From Octopus sinensis (taxonomy: Eukaryota): 64,000 nucleotides of DNA. Both the position numbers and the translations under genes were made by a program. Below, one piece after another: positions 49,450-62,049 of the stretch. Position 1 is the stretch's first letter; every line of letters begins with the position of its first letter. The stretch lies in NCBI RefSeq assembly GCF_006345805.1, contig NC_043002.1, positions 33,728,001 to 33,792,000 on the forward strand. Reading direction: 5' to 3'. The notes beneath the pieces are model-generated. The model searched no databases. It was not told where the DNA came from and saw only the letters and a list, made by a program, of their open reading frames with translations.

Positions 49450-51015
49450 ATGTGTGTGTATGTGTGAGTGTGTGCGTGTGCGTGTGTGTATGTGTGTGTG
49501 TGTGAGGCGAGATGAAAAACACAAAAATATATATGTGTGTGTTAGTGTGTGCGTCTGTGTGTAGGCGTGTGAGGTAGGGCGAGACTAGTGGTCAGCTTAG
49601 CAGACAAGGTCAGTAGTAAGAAAAAGAAGGAAGGAGGAAGGGAGGGAGGGTAAGGGGTGGGGGCGTATGTAGCGTGCCAGCGTGTGTTGAGTAGTAGTGT
49701 GTGTGTGTGTCCAGTGTCGTGGTGGTATTAATGGCGAGTAGATTGAATGTGTGTAAGAGTAATGTATATATTTAAGCAATGTGTGTATATGTGTGCGCGT
49801 GTGTGTAACGAAAAAGGGGGGGGTTAAGGAAAAAGGACTCCAGCTGAGGGGAAGATGGAAGAGTGGTCCCGCGGAGACGGGCGTGGGAAAACCCAACGAC
49901 ACGCGACGGTCCCAGGAACGGGCGGGAGGTCTTGTCGGGTCCAAGAGCGAGGTGCCTGCGGTGCGTATGCGTGCGCGAACCGGCGCAAGCGCGTGCGTGC
50001 GCGCGCCTGCGAGTATGTGCGTAAGTATGTATGTGTGTGGATGTGTGAGTGTGTCTGTGTGTATGTCCGGGTGGCAGTGTGTCCGATGAATGTATGTGAG
50101 TATGTGTGTATGTATGTGTGTGCATAGATGTATGTCCGTGTGTGTGTGTGTATGTGTGTGAGTGTGTATGTACGTGTGGGTGTGGGGAAGTGTGTGTATG
50201 TGCATGTGTGTGCGCGTACATACAGGTGTGTGAGTGAGTGTGTGTGTGTGTATGTATGTGTGAGTGTGTATGTATGTGTGTGTAGGATGCATGTATGTGT
50301 ATGGGTGTATGTATGCGTGTGTGTATGTATGTATGTGTACGTGCGTGTGTGTGTGTGTATGCGTGTAGGTGTGCGCGTGTGCATGCATGCATGTGCGTAT
50401 GTGTGTGTGTGTGTGCATGTGTGTGGGTATATATGTATGTGCGTATGTGTGTGTGTGTGTATGCATGTGTATGTAGGTGTGTGTGTACGTGTGTAATGTA
50501 TGTGTGTATGCGTGTGTATGCGTGTGTATGCGTGTGTATGCGTGTGTATGCGTGTGTATGCGTGTGTATGCGTGTGTATGCGTGTGTATGCGTGCGTGTG
50601 TGTATGTAGGTGTGTGTGTACGTGTGTAATGTATGTGTGTATGCGTGTGTATGCGTGTGTATGCGTGTGTATGCGTGCGTGTGTGTATGTATGTGTGTGT
50701 GTGTGTATGCATGTGTATGTAGGTGTGTGTGTACGTGTGTAATGTATGTGTGTATGCGTGTGTATGCGTGTGTATGCGTGTGTATGCGTGTGTATGCGTG
50801 TGTATGCGTGTGTATGCGTGTGTATGCGTGTGTATGCGTGCGTGTGTGTATGTAGGTGTGTGGGCGTGTGTATATGTGTGTGTATGTATGTGTGTGTATG
50901 TATGTATGTGTACGTGCGTGTGTGTGTGTGTGTGTGTATGTATGTGTGTGTGTATGTTTGTGTATGTGTGTATGTCTGTGTGTATGTATGTGCGTATATA
51001 TATATATATATATAT
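49450..51015. repeat. (TG)-derived satellite with (CGTGTGTATG)n arrays and an embedded GC-rich island (about 49580-49990)
   Basis: 10-mer arrays separated by a recurring ..TATGTAGGTGTGTGTGTACGTGTGTAATG.. spacer. Confidence 0.93.
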
Positions 51016-51022
51016 ACACACA

Positions 51023-51160
51023 TTCTTTTACTTGTTTCAGTCACTTGCCTTAAAGGGTGTTAGTCAAAGAAATTGACCTTTGTACTTATTCTATTGATCT
51101 CTTTTGTCAAACCACTAAGCTACGGGTTCATAAACATACCAGCATTGGCTGCCAAGTGAT
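51023..51160 (-). mobile_element. SINE A 3' fragment
   Basis: TTCTTTTACTTGTTTCAGTCA.. is the reverse complement of the family A tail. Confidence 0.75.
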
Positions 51161-51202
51161 GATGAGGAGACACACACACACACACACACACACATACATA
51201 CA

Positions 51203-51247
<45 letters not shown>

Positions 51248-51304
51248 GTAAATATATATATATCATTCAGCATGATAGATTACTAGCCAAAACAAACATT
51301 TTAT

Positions 51305-51372
51305 CTCTCCTTGCTTCTTTCTGTGGAAGAGCATAGGCTCGAAACGTTAAAGACTTTTTCAATTCCCGAGCA
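51305..51372 (+). mobile_element. Penelope-like terminal fragment fused to an RTE piece
   Basis: TCTTTCTGTGGAAGAGCATAGGCTCGAAACGTTAAAGACTTTTTCAATTCCCGAGC matches 40635-40695. Confidence 0.65.
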
Positions 51373-52270
51373 GGTAGAGGTAATAGATAGCTTCCTTTAT
51401 CTAGGTGACCAAGTTAGTAGTGGAGGTGGATGCTTTGAGAGCATAGCTGTGAGAATAAGATTAGGCTGGGCAAAGTTCAGAGAGTTCCTACCCCTGCTGG
51501 CAACAAAGAGCCTCTCTCTCAGAGTGAAAGGCAGATTATCTGATGCCTGTGTGCGAACAGCTGTGCTGCATGGCAGTGAAACATGGGTTATGACAGCTGA
51601 GGACATGCGAGGCTTGAAAGAAATGAAGCCAGTATACTTCGCTGGATGTGCAATGTCAGTGTGCATGTTCGACAGTGTGTAAGCATCTTGAGACAAAAAT
51701 TAGGCATAAGAGGAATCAGATCTGGTGTGCAATAGAGATGACTGCACTGGTATGGTCATGGGATGCACATAGATGAAGACAGCTGTGTAAAGAAGTGTAG
51801 ATCTGAGGAGGGAACCTGTGATAGAGGTATACCCAAGAAGATAAGGGACGAGGTGGTGAAGCATGATCTTCGAACTTTGAGCCTCACAGAGGCAATGTCT
51901 AGTGACCGAGACCTTTGGCAATGTACTGTGCTTGAGAGGACCTGTAAAGCCAACTGCACCCGTACTGGTGACATGTAAAGAACATCTTTTGAATGTTGGG
52001 CCTCACAGAGGCAAAGTGGCTGAGTTCCTCCCAAGTTCAGCCTCACAGAGGCAAGGTGGCTGAGTTCATTTCGAGCATTGGGCTTCATGGAGGCAAAGGG
52101 GCCAAGTCCCTTTCAAGTGTTGGGACTTATGGAGGAACCACCAAAACCTTTGGCACTATGTTGTGCTTGAAAAGAAGACCCATCAAGCCGGGCAAAATCG
52201 CAGTTATAGCAGATACTGATGTCATGCAACCCATGCCAGCATTGACAACAAATGTTAAATGATGATAATG
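51373..52270 (+). mobile_element. 5'-truncated RTE LINE, different subfamily and 3' UTR
   Basis: EVIDSFLYLGDQVSSGGGCFESIAVRIRLGWAKFREFLPLL..VLHGSETW..VVKHDLRTLSLTEAMSSDRDLW; (GAT)-like tail. Confidence 0.9.
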
Positions 52271-53094
52271 ATGATATATGTGTGGATATGTATACACATA
52301 CACAATTATGTAGTTGATATATGTATGAAACATCTACTTTTCCATGTTGCATGGATCAGACATATTTTATATAGCTGGATGCCCTTCCTGTTGCCAGAGC
52401 AAAACCTTTTACTATGGTTCACCTGTATTTAGCATCTATGATTGTCACTCATTTTGTGTTTGTGCTTACTGACAGGAAAAAAATATTTGCACAGCAAGAA
52501 GGGTTCTTTTAACATGAAATCAGAGTGACATGACTGCCTATTGACCAAGAAAACCTCTATTGTCCTCCGCCATCATCTATAAGTCCTCTCCCCCTTCTTT
52601 GGCTTGTATTTCCTGAGCGTGTTAAGTTATAATCATCATTTGACATGAAACTGTATGGAATTTTCCATTACTCTTAACACCCACATAAATGTGCCAGAAC
52701 AATTATTGACTGAAATGTACATTAAGTTGTGATCTCCGTCCATTGCAGAACTGATAAGGTTTTGAATGCTTGCAATATTATATCTGTCTCGTGAGATGAG
52801 TGTAATAGTAAAAATTCATCGGAAAAAGGTAAAGAATTGGTGGGGGAGAAATCCACTGATAGAGATTACATCTATCTCATGAGATGAGTGTAAAAGTAAA
52901 AATTTACTATTAAAACACTTCCTAACCTGTTGTGTTTGTGGGTGTTAGACTGCTGAAGTATCAGATGATGCTTGGGTGAGTGCTAGGATGCTCCAGTTCC
53001 TCAACCATGCTATCAGTAGCAGTGATACAGTCTAGAGTGTTTTCTTTTGGGGGGGGGGGGGGAGAGGTGCTACATTGTTTTATAACATAGGTAT

Positions 53095-53398
53095 GGAGGC
53101 ACATGGCCTAGTGGTAAGAGCAGTAGATTCGTGGTCAAGGGATCGCAGGTTCGAATCTCAAGCCGAACGATGTGTGTGCTTATGAGCAAAACATCTAAGC
53201 CCCCCGCGGCTCCGGCAGAAGGTAATGGCGAAACTTCTGCTGACTCTTTCGCCACAACTTTCTCTCATTCTTTCCTCCTGCATCTTGCAGCTCACCTGCG
53301 ATGGACCAGCGTCCTGTCCAGGTGAGGAACCTATATGCCGAGAAACCAGACCTTATGAGCCAGGCATGGCTCAAGAAGGAACAAACAACAAACAACAA
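53095..53398 (+). mobile_element. tRNA-headed SINE related to family E
   Basis: GGAGGCACATGGCCTAGTGGTAAGAGC..GGTTCGAATCTC head, body homologous to 30685-30978, (AAC)n-like tail. Confidence 0.8.
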
Positions 53399-53904
53399 TA
53401 ACATAGGTAACTAGATAAAAGATTTTACATGTGATTTAATAATCAGGCAGCTATCGCTGGAATACTGGCTTTTGAATATTCTATTAAAATATGACTGGTT
53501 GAATAAAACGATTGAAGGGAAGTAAAGCAATACATTATATCTCATATTTTTAGATTCAAGACAGGATTTATTTAACACATGAATAATCACATAATGTATC
53601 TTTATGTTCTTATGACATTCATTCTGTATCTCACTGGTTTGTTGATAACACGATCACTTTTGGTTATATTCATTCCAGGTTTTGGAGGTGGTTTATTTGT
53701 TATTGGCTGCTCAGCTAAGTTGGTTCATCATACTTTGTTTCACAAGACAGATATACGGCTTTCTGTTTGAATTGGTTATCAGCCTCCTTTGATGGTCAAA
53801 TGAGTCATTAGTTTCCTTTCTAAACAATTCAAGGATGATTACTCTGTCACTTTTGAAAGGCAGTGGGTCATAATATACAATTTCAATATTGAACTCCCAA
53901 TAAG

Positions 53905-54115
53905 GTGGCAAGCTAGTAAACTGTGCATGCTGGGCAAAATGCTTAGCAGCATTTCACCTCTCTTTACATTCTGAGTTCAAATTCTGCTAAGGTCGACTTT
54001 GCCTTTTATCCTTTCAGGGTTGATAAAATAAGTATCAGTTGAGCTCTGGGGTCAATGTAATAGACTTGCTTTCTCCCTTGAACATACTGGTCTTGTGCCA
54101 AAATTTGAAACCAAT
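53905..54115 (+). mobile_element. SINE family B
   Basis: Family-diagnostic core. Confidence 0.8.
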
Positions 54116-54249
54116 ACTGAAGTACCACTAATGGCTTCACTGATGGTAGACATTCCTTTCTTGATTTCAGCCAGCCAATTTAGCACACTGTCACACAGTG
54201 TTATAAGACAGTTCTTTTTAAATTTCTTCCAACCACTTGAAGCTTTTAA

Positions 54250-54875
54250 AATATGTAGTTTTTCAAGCTGATGATGAAAATAACATTCATTTTTTTTTTC
54301 CTAGAAATTAATAATAAAATGACAAGCATTTAAAATTATGTAATCTTAGCCAATCAAAGCCTAGATTGCCAGACATACTGGAAGTCATGACTGTCCCCAT
54401 GGGAATAGAATATATGAAACCATTATGTGATTTCTTGAAGTGATAGAATTAGCAGCCAAATCTTCCTTAAACTACACCATAACATCTAAATAAAAAAAAT
54501 AGCACATTGTGTTACAGCAGTTTCTTTCCTTGTTTGAGGCAAGCCCAAGAGCTTTCCACTTGATATTGATAACACTCAACAAGTGGAAAGCTCTTGGCCT
54601 GCATCAAGCAAGGAAATAAACAGTGTTGTAGCAAAATGTATTGTCCTTTTTGTCTTTGTAGATGTTATGGTGTAGTTTAAGGAAGATTTAGCTGCTATTT
54701 CACGCGAGACCACATAAAGGTCTCTTGGGTGTTATTCCCATGGAAACAAAAAGTCATGACTTCCAATCTGATATGACTGGCAATCATTAACTTTCATTGA
54801 CTAAATGTTTGTAATTTTTTTTTTATATTTCTAGAAAAAATGAAAGTGATTTTCATTTTTGAAAATCTATGAAAT
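54250..54875. repeat. ~620-bp imperfect palindrome with a 17-nt central loop
   Basis: Perfect inner 18-bp stem CCAAGAGCTTTCCACTTG / CAAGTGGAAAGCTCTTGG. Collinear reverse-complement blocks at 54450-54488/54659-54697 and 54364-54408/54730-54785, with weaker similarity further out. Confidence 0.85.
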
Positions 54876-55559
54876 TCACTTACAAGGTCTGGTTCAGCCT
54901 GGGGCTAAAGCAGAAAATATGTGCCCATGGTATCACACAGTTGGACTCAACCTGAAACCATATGGTTGGGGAGCAAATTTCTTAACCATACATAAATAGA
55001 AAATATAATTTAAAAAAGAAACTGGAAATTATAAATAGTAAATATAATTCAAAATGTTTTAATTAAAATTTGATTTTAATTACAGTATAGCAGTTTAATA
55101 GCAGATAATTAATAACCAACCATTTTTGAGTTATGTTGTCTCTTTCACATAAAATACACATTGAAATGGTGTGTGTACATAAGTAGAGCAAAATGTATGT
55201 GTGTGAGTGTGTGTGAGTGTAGATGAAGAAATCAACTGTAAACTAATTTTTGATGCTGTTAAGGATTGCAATCACCATTAGACCATAATGAACACCACAT
55301 CAAATTTACAAACTACAGGATCAAGGCAGGTAATTTTTGATAACATATAAGAGAATATAATTAACTGGCAGAGATGTGATTTTAGTTAACCTCAGGTTAG
55401 CTTTGATCTAGCAGACCATGTTGAAAAATATTCTAGTGATAACCATCTTTTTTTTTTTTTTTTAAATATATAAGCTATCGTAAACTTCATTATCCATTAC
55501 AAACTGGCACTGTGTCAATTATGATGATAAGAGTTCCAGTTGATCTGATCAAAGGAACA

Positions 55560-55815
55560 GCCTGCTCATGAAATCAATGTATAAGTGACTGAGCACTCCA
55601 CAGATATGTATGCCCTTTTCAGGGAGATTCAGCATTACACAGAATGTGATGAGGCTGGCCCTTTGAAATACAAGTACTACTTGTTTTTACCAGCTGACTG
55701 GACTGGAACATTAAATAAAGTGTCTTGTTCAAGGACACAATGCAAGGCCAAGAATCAAACTCATGACCTTATGACCATTAGCTGAATACCTTAACCACTA
55801 AGTCATGCACCTTAT
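55560..55815 (-). mobile_element. SINE D-like copy
   Basis: AAATAAAGTGTCTTGTTCAAGGACACAATG..CCTTAACCACTAAGTCATGCACC. Confidence 0.7.
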
Positions 55816-58800
55816 CCATTATGTTCTTTTTAAAAGATGTGAATTCAAAGAGATTTAGTTGGTATGGCAACCCTCCTCATGTACCAAATAATTTTGTAAG
55901 AATACATTGAGAGTATCTATAAATGTGTGTATGTGTAGCAGTTTGTACCTGAGGTCTACACAAACTAAAAATTGTCAACTGATATAAGATATACATATAT
56001 ACATATGAGATATGTATGATGATGATATGGAGAGCAGTGATCTTGGTTGTGGACAGATACACAATTTGTAACATGTATATGAACGTCTGAGCTTGGAAAA
56101 TGCAGTAATGGCTCTCAGCTTAATGAGACACCACTTTTTATGTAGATGCTATTATGATAAATATGCTCAGAGTCATTTTCCCCAAATTTCTCTACTAGAA
56201 GTCAAAACTTGCAGACTTGCTCAAACCATAACAATTCTGAAAAACAGATATGAAGCAGGAAGGAAACAAATCACTATACTTGTATTTGTGTATGTGTGTG
56301 TGTGGGTGCATGCATATGTGTGTGCATGCACATGCATGCACTTGTGTCCTTGTATGCGTGTGTGTTTGTGTGAGGACGCATATTCATACATGCAAATGTG
56401 TGTACCTGAAAAGATACATATACATACATAACAAACTGAGTGTGTACAAGCTACATGGAGTTATGTTTAAGGAAAGTCCTCTAGTTAGAAATGGATTAAC
56501 AATATATCAGTAACAGCAAGGATGAATATAAAACATAATTAACAACAGGAATGGCAGAGATGTGAAGACAAAACAATTATGGACAACAGCAACAATAATA
56601 ACAACAGCAACAACTACAAGATAAACTATTGAAATGTCTTTACAAATCACTGGAAACTCAAATAGGAAATGCTTGCAACAAGTGACACTCTGTAGCCATT
56701 ATTGGGGGACGGAGACGAAAAATGGCAAAAAATAACAAGAAGTCTAGTGATTTCAGAGCCTACAGTAATGGATCCTTCATCCACCCTGTTTCATCTAAGC
56801 ATTTATCATGATTGCTAATTAATATCCAGTTTTCCATATTAGCAGAGTTGGATAAGTCTGCAGTATGGAGTTTTCTTATTTCCATACATGTTATGCAATA
56901 ATATACTGGATCCTCTATTTTTGTGTTTGATCTTTAAAAATTAAACTGGCCATTTGAAAGCATGCACACTGCAACATAAAAAGTTCTTAGTACGAAGTCT
57001 CTAAATATTTCTACCCCTAACAGATTGTTATGGTACCAAGGTACATCAGTCATATCTCAAACATCTCTTACATGTGATACAATTATCACTAATAGTTCAT
57101 AGTATTTCACATCTAAATTTCTATCATACACCTTTCTATTTTTTAGCATGCAAATATTCAAATATTCAACATGGCATAATGCCAATGCTCTACAGATCTG
57201 CAATCTGCTGGCTATCTCGAATACTTGATAATAAACTGTTATCAAGTAGACACATCCAAATGTATACTACAAACAATTCATTATCATACACCAGATTAAA
57301 TATGTTTCTCTAATGATGTTCAAGAGTAACATCTTGCAGATATCAGAGCATTTGGCAAAATTTAAAGACATAAGAATGTCACAGATAATGGTCAAAACAT
57401 GTGAGTATCATGTCAGAGATCCAAATATGAATGAGCAATAGAAATGGTTGCAACTTTAATAGGACATAGGTTGGTGCCAGTTATCTATATCATGAAGAGT
57501 CTTTAGAAGGTTTCTACTGCAAAAATATACCATTCACAACAGATATCAAAATATATATTTACTTAATATTGCAACTCTACCAACTGTGCTCACTCACACA
57601 CACACAAGTATTCATCAATGAAAATACATATATATTTAAGCACACAAACAAATTATGGGGAGAGACACATAAATACACACATGCATATGCACATGGTGTG
57701 TATTATGTGTATGTAAATATATCTATCAATATATATATTTATACACACATGAAATTATACACTCAGAGAAATAAAAATAATGGTGATATAGTCAGGTTAG
57801 GAAGGAAGAAGACAATGAACTGTCTACCGAACACTTATATAAAAATTTAAAATTTAACAACAAAACCAAGATAACATAATACAAAAGATTTGGATCTTTT
57901 GCCAATCCACAGAAGCTGGCAGAGTTAGTGCCGAGCTATGGCTAAGGTGTACAGCTGAAGTGGACGTGTGAAAAGTGTTTCCATTGTATAGGACACTATT
58001 CTAAAACAGTAACTCTGCCTGAAACAGTCAACCGAAACAAAGAATATGGCAGTAGGATATAAACTTACAATCTATGTGTCTGTAGCTTGTAGCTGATTCA
58101 TCTCCAACATTTAATACAAACATCTGTGATTGGTTTCTTTACATATGGACAGATGAAGAAGAATGAGTATTTCTTTTTTAAGAAGATATCAAACATTGTC
58201 TTTTGGAAGATGCCTTCTTCAGCCATAGAATGGGTTTGTTTACAGTTAATATACATTTAAACACACACACAAACAAACACACACTTTATTAAAATCAAAA
58301 TACCTTTCTCACTGCATACCTTTCACACCATAGCAATCATTAGGTGATACACATATAGAAATGTATACATACAAGTGTGTATATATATATTTATATAATT
58401 GTCACAAAATGTGACTAAGGTGTTGGAAACACCTACATTGCTAGAAATAAGAGCTAAAATGCTCTAATGCTGCAGTCAAAGCACACAATTTTATACATAT
58501 ATAATAACAGGGATTGTAATTGTCCGAAAATACTGTTTCTAGCAATATAGGTGTTTCTAACACCCTAGTCACATTTAATGATAATTAATTATAGTTTTCT
58601 TTTTTAGTGAAACATTGCAAACTGCTGTCTACATTAATTTTCTACACACACATATGTAGATACACACACACAAACATATATATATATATAAAACTCACAT
58701 AAATAAATAAATATATGTATATATTTATCTATCACTCACACAGGCATACACATCTAAATAGATATACACCTAAACATATGTACAGCTAAGTGAAATGCGT

Positions 58801-58993
58801 GTCGATGCACATGTATTATGCAGATGTGTACATGTCTCATGCATATGTTTGTGTGCACAGCACATGTAATTATATGTGTGTACATTCATGCATACACAGA
58901 AGGAAAGGGAGGTTTTATTATTCAACAAGGCTTGGATGGGAGTTATTTAAAAAACAGATGGGAGAAAAATGTAGCTCTCTGTAGAAGTTATAC

Positions 58994-59026
<33 letters not shown>

Positions 59027-59267
59027 GCAGAGAGAGAGGAGGAGGAGGAGGGAAGGAGGGAGAGAGTTGTCTAAAAAAACAAACAAAAAAATAAACATTT
59101 TCAATAGCAAGATTAGATAAACATTGCTACAAAGAAAGCAGAATTTCTGCACTTGTCAGAAGTCTCAAGTCTTAATATACGGAATTCCTGATGTTCAGAA
59201 AGTTCCTAATATCCATAAAGTTCCAATCTTGCTGCTCATAATCCTCAATGTCTATAGAGTTGCAGCA

Positions 59268-59374
59268 TTAGTACATATCGTCACCAATGTCCAGAAAGAT
59301 GTTATAGGCTTCCCGGTTACAACTACCACTGGTTGTGAAACTGTATTTGTGAAATGTCCCATCGACACACACGG
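59268..59374 (-). CDS. WDR45: WDR45/WIPI4 last coding exon ([35 protein letters not shown])
   Basis: ttccag|CCGTGTGT..TACTAA. Matches the WDR45 C-terminus [33 protein letters not shown]. Confidence 0.95.
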
Positions 59375-59603
59375 CTGGAATGGAAAAGGACAAAAGATGA
59401 AATAACAGAAAACAACAGAAATTCAGAATCTTATACTAAACAGGTAGCAAGTGAGAAGTAGCTGATATAAAAAGAATATAAATATTTATGCATGGTTGAC
59501 AGGAGCCAGCCAAGTAGAAGACTACCCCAGGCTACTGTCTGTTTCGGCAGGATGCTCTTCATAACACCAACCACTCTGTAGAGTGGACATTTTCAACAGC
59601 AAG

Positions 59604-59650
<47 letters not shown>

Positions 59651-59878
59651 ATGCATGGCTTAGTGGTTAGGATGTTGGGCTCATGATCATAAGACTATGG
59701 TTTAACTACTGAACTATGCAAGAATGAATAACCAAAGCAATGTGTCAGTGCTATTTTCAACAATTTGCAGACAAAACTAAACCCATAGATAAAATGAGAG
59801 GCAAAACAAAATACAAAAAGGAAGAAAAAAACAAAAAAAATCTTCTATGTCCAGTTAACTATAAAATACAATTCTTAC

Positions 59879-59997
59879 CAACAACAGAATTTCCTGAGCC
59901 AAAAGCACAAATGCAAGCACATTCTGCTGGAACAGTGAAGTTGGCAAGGCCCCATTGCGACTCACCATACTGACCAAGAAAGCCCATTTTTTTGAAA
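59879..59997 (-). CDS. WDR45: WDR45 exon ([39 protein letters not shown])
   Basis: tattccag|T TTC..GTT G|gtaaga; 119 nt. Matches [26 protein letters not shown]. Confidence 0.95.
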
Positions 59998-60354
59998 CTG
60001 GAATAAAAACAAACAGCACAATCATTATCAATAAATGAAATACTTTCCTTTTGTGTGTGTGTGTTCAAGCAAGTCGTCCTTTTACTGGTTACTAACTGAA
60101 CTTCTACAATTGAAACTTAGCTTCCAGTCATTATGGAATGCTGAAAATAGTCTTTTGCTTTAAACTTTGATAATATAAAATGCAAAACTGCAGCTACGTG
60201 AAAACAAAAAACAAAAATAATGCTTAATTACTCAGAGATGCTATCTGTATGAATAGCAATAGTTAAATGAGTGTTAACATTTTAATTTAATGAGCATTAA
60301 TTATCAAACTAGAAAGAATTATGTGGTGAGGAAAAGACAACTTTAGTGAAATAT

Positions 60355-60520
60355 TCTTTTACTTGTTTCAGTCATTTGACTGCGGCCATGCCGGAGCACC
60401 ACCTTTAGATGAACGAATCGACTCCAGGACTTATCCTTTGTAAGCCTTGTACTTATTCTATCAGTCTCTTTTGCTAAACTGCTACGTTATGGGGATGTAA
60501 GCACACCAACATTGGTTGTC
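60355..60520 (-). mobile_element. SINE A 3' fragment
   Basis: Reverse complement of the family A tail and body. Confidence 0.8.
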
Positions 60521-61271
60521 CACTAAAATGATGTGGAATACAATTAGGCATGAAAGCCTACCATATTTTAAAAAAGTCACAGAAGTTATTTACCCAGACA
60601 TGCCTTCTGCATGAAAAATAATAGTTAAATTAGGGTCGAGATATTTAATGTAGTGCACATTAACCCTTTTCATACTAATCTGTGTAAGACTACCTCTGGC
60701 TCTACAATACAAACATTTCATTTTAAAGTGATTTAAACTAATAGTTTCCATCAAAATGCCATGCTAATTTATGTTCCTGGATGTCAGCTTAATGAAAGTT
60801 CTTTTGATAAATTCTTCATTATTTTCAAAATTATTTGAAACAAAGCCAATGTATTTCAACAGAAGTATGAGAGCAAAAAATTTTTAGTATCTAACATGAA
60901 CAAGTTATCCAAATGATTAAAGAAATATTATAATTGAGCTAATGCTGTATTTTGCACATTAGCTAATTATTTCTAAGGAGGTATTATATTCTCATTAACA
61001 CTAACTGAATTGTAATTTGTTCTACTTGTTCCACTTACTTGTCTTAGACTGGTGGTACTCACTTTTCTTACATACATATATCCTTAGTCTTGCTGAATCA
61101 ACATATCAAGTGAATAACAAGACAAAATTAATTTATAAATTATAATGTATAAAAAGTTATTTTTATCCTTATTTTTAAATTAACATGTATCAGTTAATGT
61201 TAGGAAGGCCACCAAGCCATAGAAGCCATGCAAAAACAGGCAGTGGAGCTTAGCACAACCCTCTGGTTTGC

Positions 61272-61335
61272 TATGAGGTGGTATCAAAAAGTTCCAGCAC
61301 TAGTTATGCTTAATAAAAAATAACCTATTTGCCTA
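61272..61335 (-). mobile_element. Isolated right end of the 746-1868 mariner family
   Basis: TGAGGTGGTATCAAAAAGTTCCAGCACTAGTT..TTGCCTAAGTT resembles the reverse complement of 1805-1868. Confidence 0.6.
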
Positions 61336-61947
61336 AGTTCTACTACACAGTGTGTAGTAAAGGCCCAGCTTTACTACACACTGCATCTTGATAATCCTGT
61401 CTGAGCATTACATTAAGGGTACATGCACATGTAGAATACTCAGCCACTTATACGCTAATTCAATGAATAAGGAGTGCAGGTGATCAAACTACTGGAATAC
61501 ACCCTGTTGAAACTAATGAGAATCCATTTTACTTTGTAACAAATTAGATTCAAACCCTATCACAGCCATTATACAACACTAAGTCATCCAAGAATAGATA
61601 CCATAGCTCAGTGCTCTGCAACAGGTATGCCATGGCACACAGTTGAGCACAAGACAATGCTAGGTGTGTTGCAGTGTAACCTAAATATAACCTTTTCCCC
61701 TATACCTTTAGTTATATTCTTAGTTCAGGTGTGCTACCAAATTTCTAAAAGAATATAAGGGAAAAAAGTGAAAAAAGTTTGTGGAGCATTGCTATAGCTG
61801 TCTGGATGGTAACTACACATGCTCCATATTAAAATTTAAAGACCCATCAAACCCTTACTCTAGCATACATGTAGTGATTTAACAGACAAAGTAATAATGA
61901 TACTCCAGACCAAGCAATTATAACACACTATTAGAAACTGAACTCAC

Positions 61948-62049
61948 GTAGATCTTTTATTAAGTGTTGTGTCCTCGATAGCAAATATATGGACTGTCCC
62001 TTTGTCACTGGAGGCACACAAGAAGGCAGAATCATGACTAAAAGATATA
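61948..62049 (-). CDS. WDR45: WDR45 exon ([35 protein letters not shown])
   Basis: ttcttaccag|T ATA..TCT AC|gtgagt; 102 nt. Matches [34 protein letters not shown]. Confidence 0.96.

Noticed and set aside
49597-51076. Long ORFs (up to 474 aa) rich in HT/YT or CV/YV
   Set aside because: They are translations of a TG/CA satellite that lacks stop codons; no domain content.
53095-53170. tRNA-like sequence with A and B boxes (also heads at 30978, 41292, 3951 and 63107)
   Set aside because: No complete cloverleaf; each continues into a SINE body, so these are SINE heads, not tRNA genes.
53579-53911. Short ORFs in unique-looking intergenic sequence
   Set aside because: No recognisable homology or convincing paired splice sites.
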